This document shows, in pieces, positions 63,233-64,000 of a stretch of 64,000 nt of DNA. The DNA is taken from assembly GCA_045837725.1 (NCBI GenBank), contig JBEWZL010000217.1, positions 1-64,000 on the forward strand. Reading direction: 5' to 3'. The DNA is from Vermamoeba vermiformis (lineage: Eukaryota). Below the pieces are notes generated by a model. The model saw only the letters and a program-made list of their open reading frames with translations. It did no database searches and was not told the DNA's origin. Made by a program: the position numbers and the translations under genes. Numbering within the stretch: the stretch's first letter is position 1; the number at the start of each line of letters is the position of its first letter.

Positions 63233-64000
63233 ATGCTGGAAGCAGATGTAAGTAATATTAATTGTAATTATTCGGTTCAATACTTATAATTATGTTTGTA
63301 AATAGCTGATATCAATAGATCTTCCAACAGAGATATGGAGGCACGTATTTAGCTATTTGGACTTGCAAGATCTCACCAGGTAATTTTTAGAATATAACGA
63401 TAATTATTTTTTAAGACATAAGTGTCGATCGGTAGAACTTCACACAAAAATACTTTCAGAAATTTAGCAAAATTTTTATTTGTTCGGGGATCTCAAAACG
63501 GACAAATTTCTAACCTTTACGATTATTAGGCTCCAATTCGTGTCCAAATTATTCTACAAGAACGCGTTTAAGAACATTACCTCGTTTAACTTATCAGCAG
63601 TACCTGAACTGAAGCGCCATCTGACGAAGGAAAAAATGGATCAAATATTCTTCCGCCTATCCAACTTTAGTTTGAATGGAATTAATACGAGCATTACGAG
63701 CTTCGTATTAACGCATTCAATAGCCGAAAACTCTCACTTTGAACACATCAGCAGACTAGCCAACTTGACCCACATAAATTTAGCAATGTCTAGTCACATC
63801 AGCGATGGAGTATTGCCTTATTTGGCGAAGCTAACAAATCTCAAGGAGTTAGTGCTTAATAACATATTGATTAATGGCAACGGACTCGAGAATTTGAAAC
63901 ATTTTCAGCATCTGAAGTACTTGAACGTCAGATCCCACGGCGATGTCTTAGACGCACTGCCATTAATACCAAATTTGGAAGAACTATTCCTGACTCACTC
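63233..64000 (+). CDS. F-box + LRR protein (5' part; runs off the window)
   Basis: DLPTEIWRHVFSYLDLQDL; LRRs LANLTHINLA, LTNLKELVLN, LKYLNVR. Confidence 0.8.

Noticed and set aside
1-64000. CRISPR arrays, operons or other prokaryotic features
   Set aside because: No repeat-spacer arrays seen; the genes carry spliceosomal introns, so the sequence is eukaryotic.

Overview
Intron-rich eukaryotic genomic DNA with short GT-AG introns (mostly about 45-100 nt). A SibA-type adhesin suggests an amoebozoan protist (inference). About 20 protein-coding loci are visible: two tandem secreted EGF-like proteins, an ERI1-family exonuclease, a large ARM-like protein, a mitochondrial release factor, F-box proteins, a SibA-like adhesin, an NmrA-like reductase, a CHD remodeller, an atypical Rho GTPase, an FAD oxidoreductase, an alpha/beta hydrolase, S41 peptidases, a kinase, tandem SPRY proteins and a DUF697-type GTPase. 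Highlights: (1) two genes 14 kb apart share a mutually alignable N-terminal death-fold-like domain, one fused to NB-ARC + TPR (NLR/Apaf-like) and the other to a degenerate HNH-like motif and a pseudokinase (IRAK/Pelle-like layout), a candidate protist immune/cell-death module; (2) an apparently intact 1.9-kb DD34E IS630/Tc1 transposon with TA target duplication, an intron-containing transposase and a convergent zinc-ribbon cargo gene; (3) a 5S rRNA gene and a tRNA-Ser gene nested in introns, with a possible extra small structured RNA just upstream of the 5S. All domain calls come from motifs recognised by eye; no searches were run.
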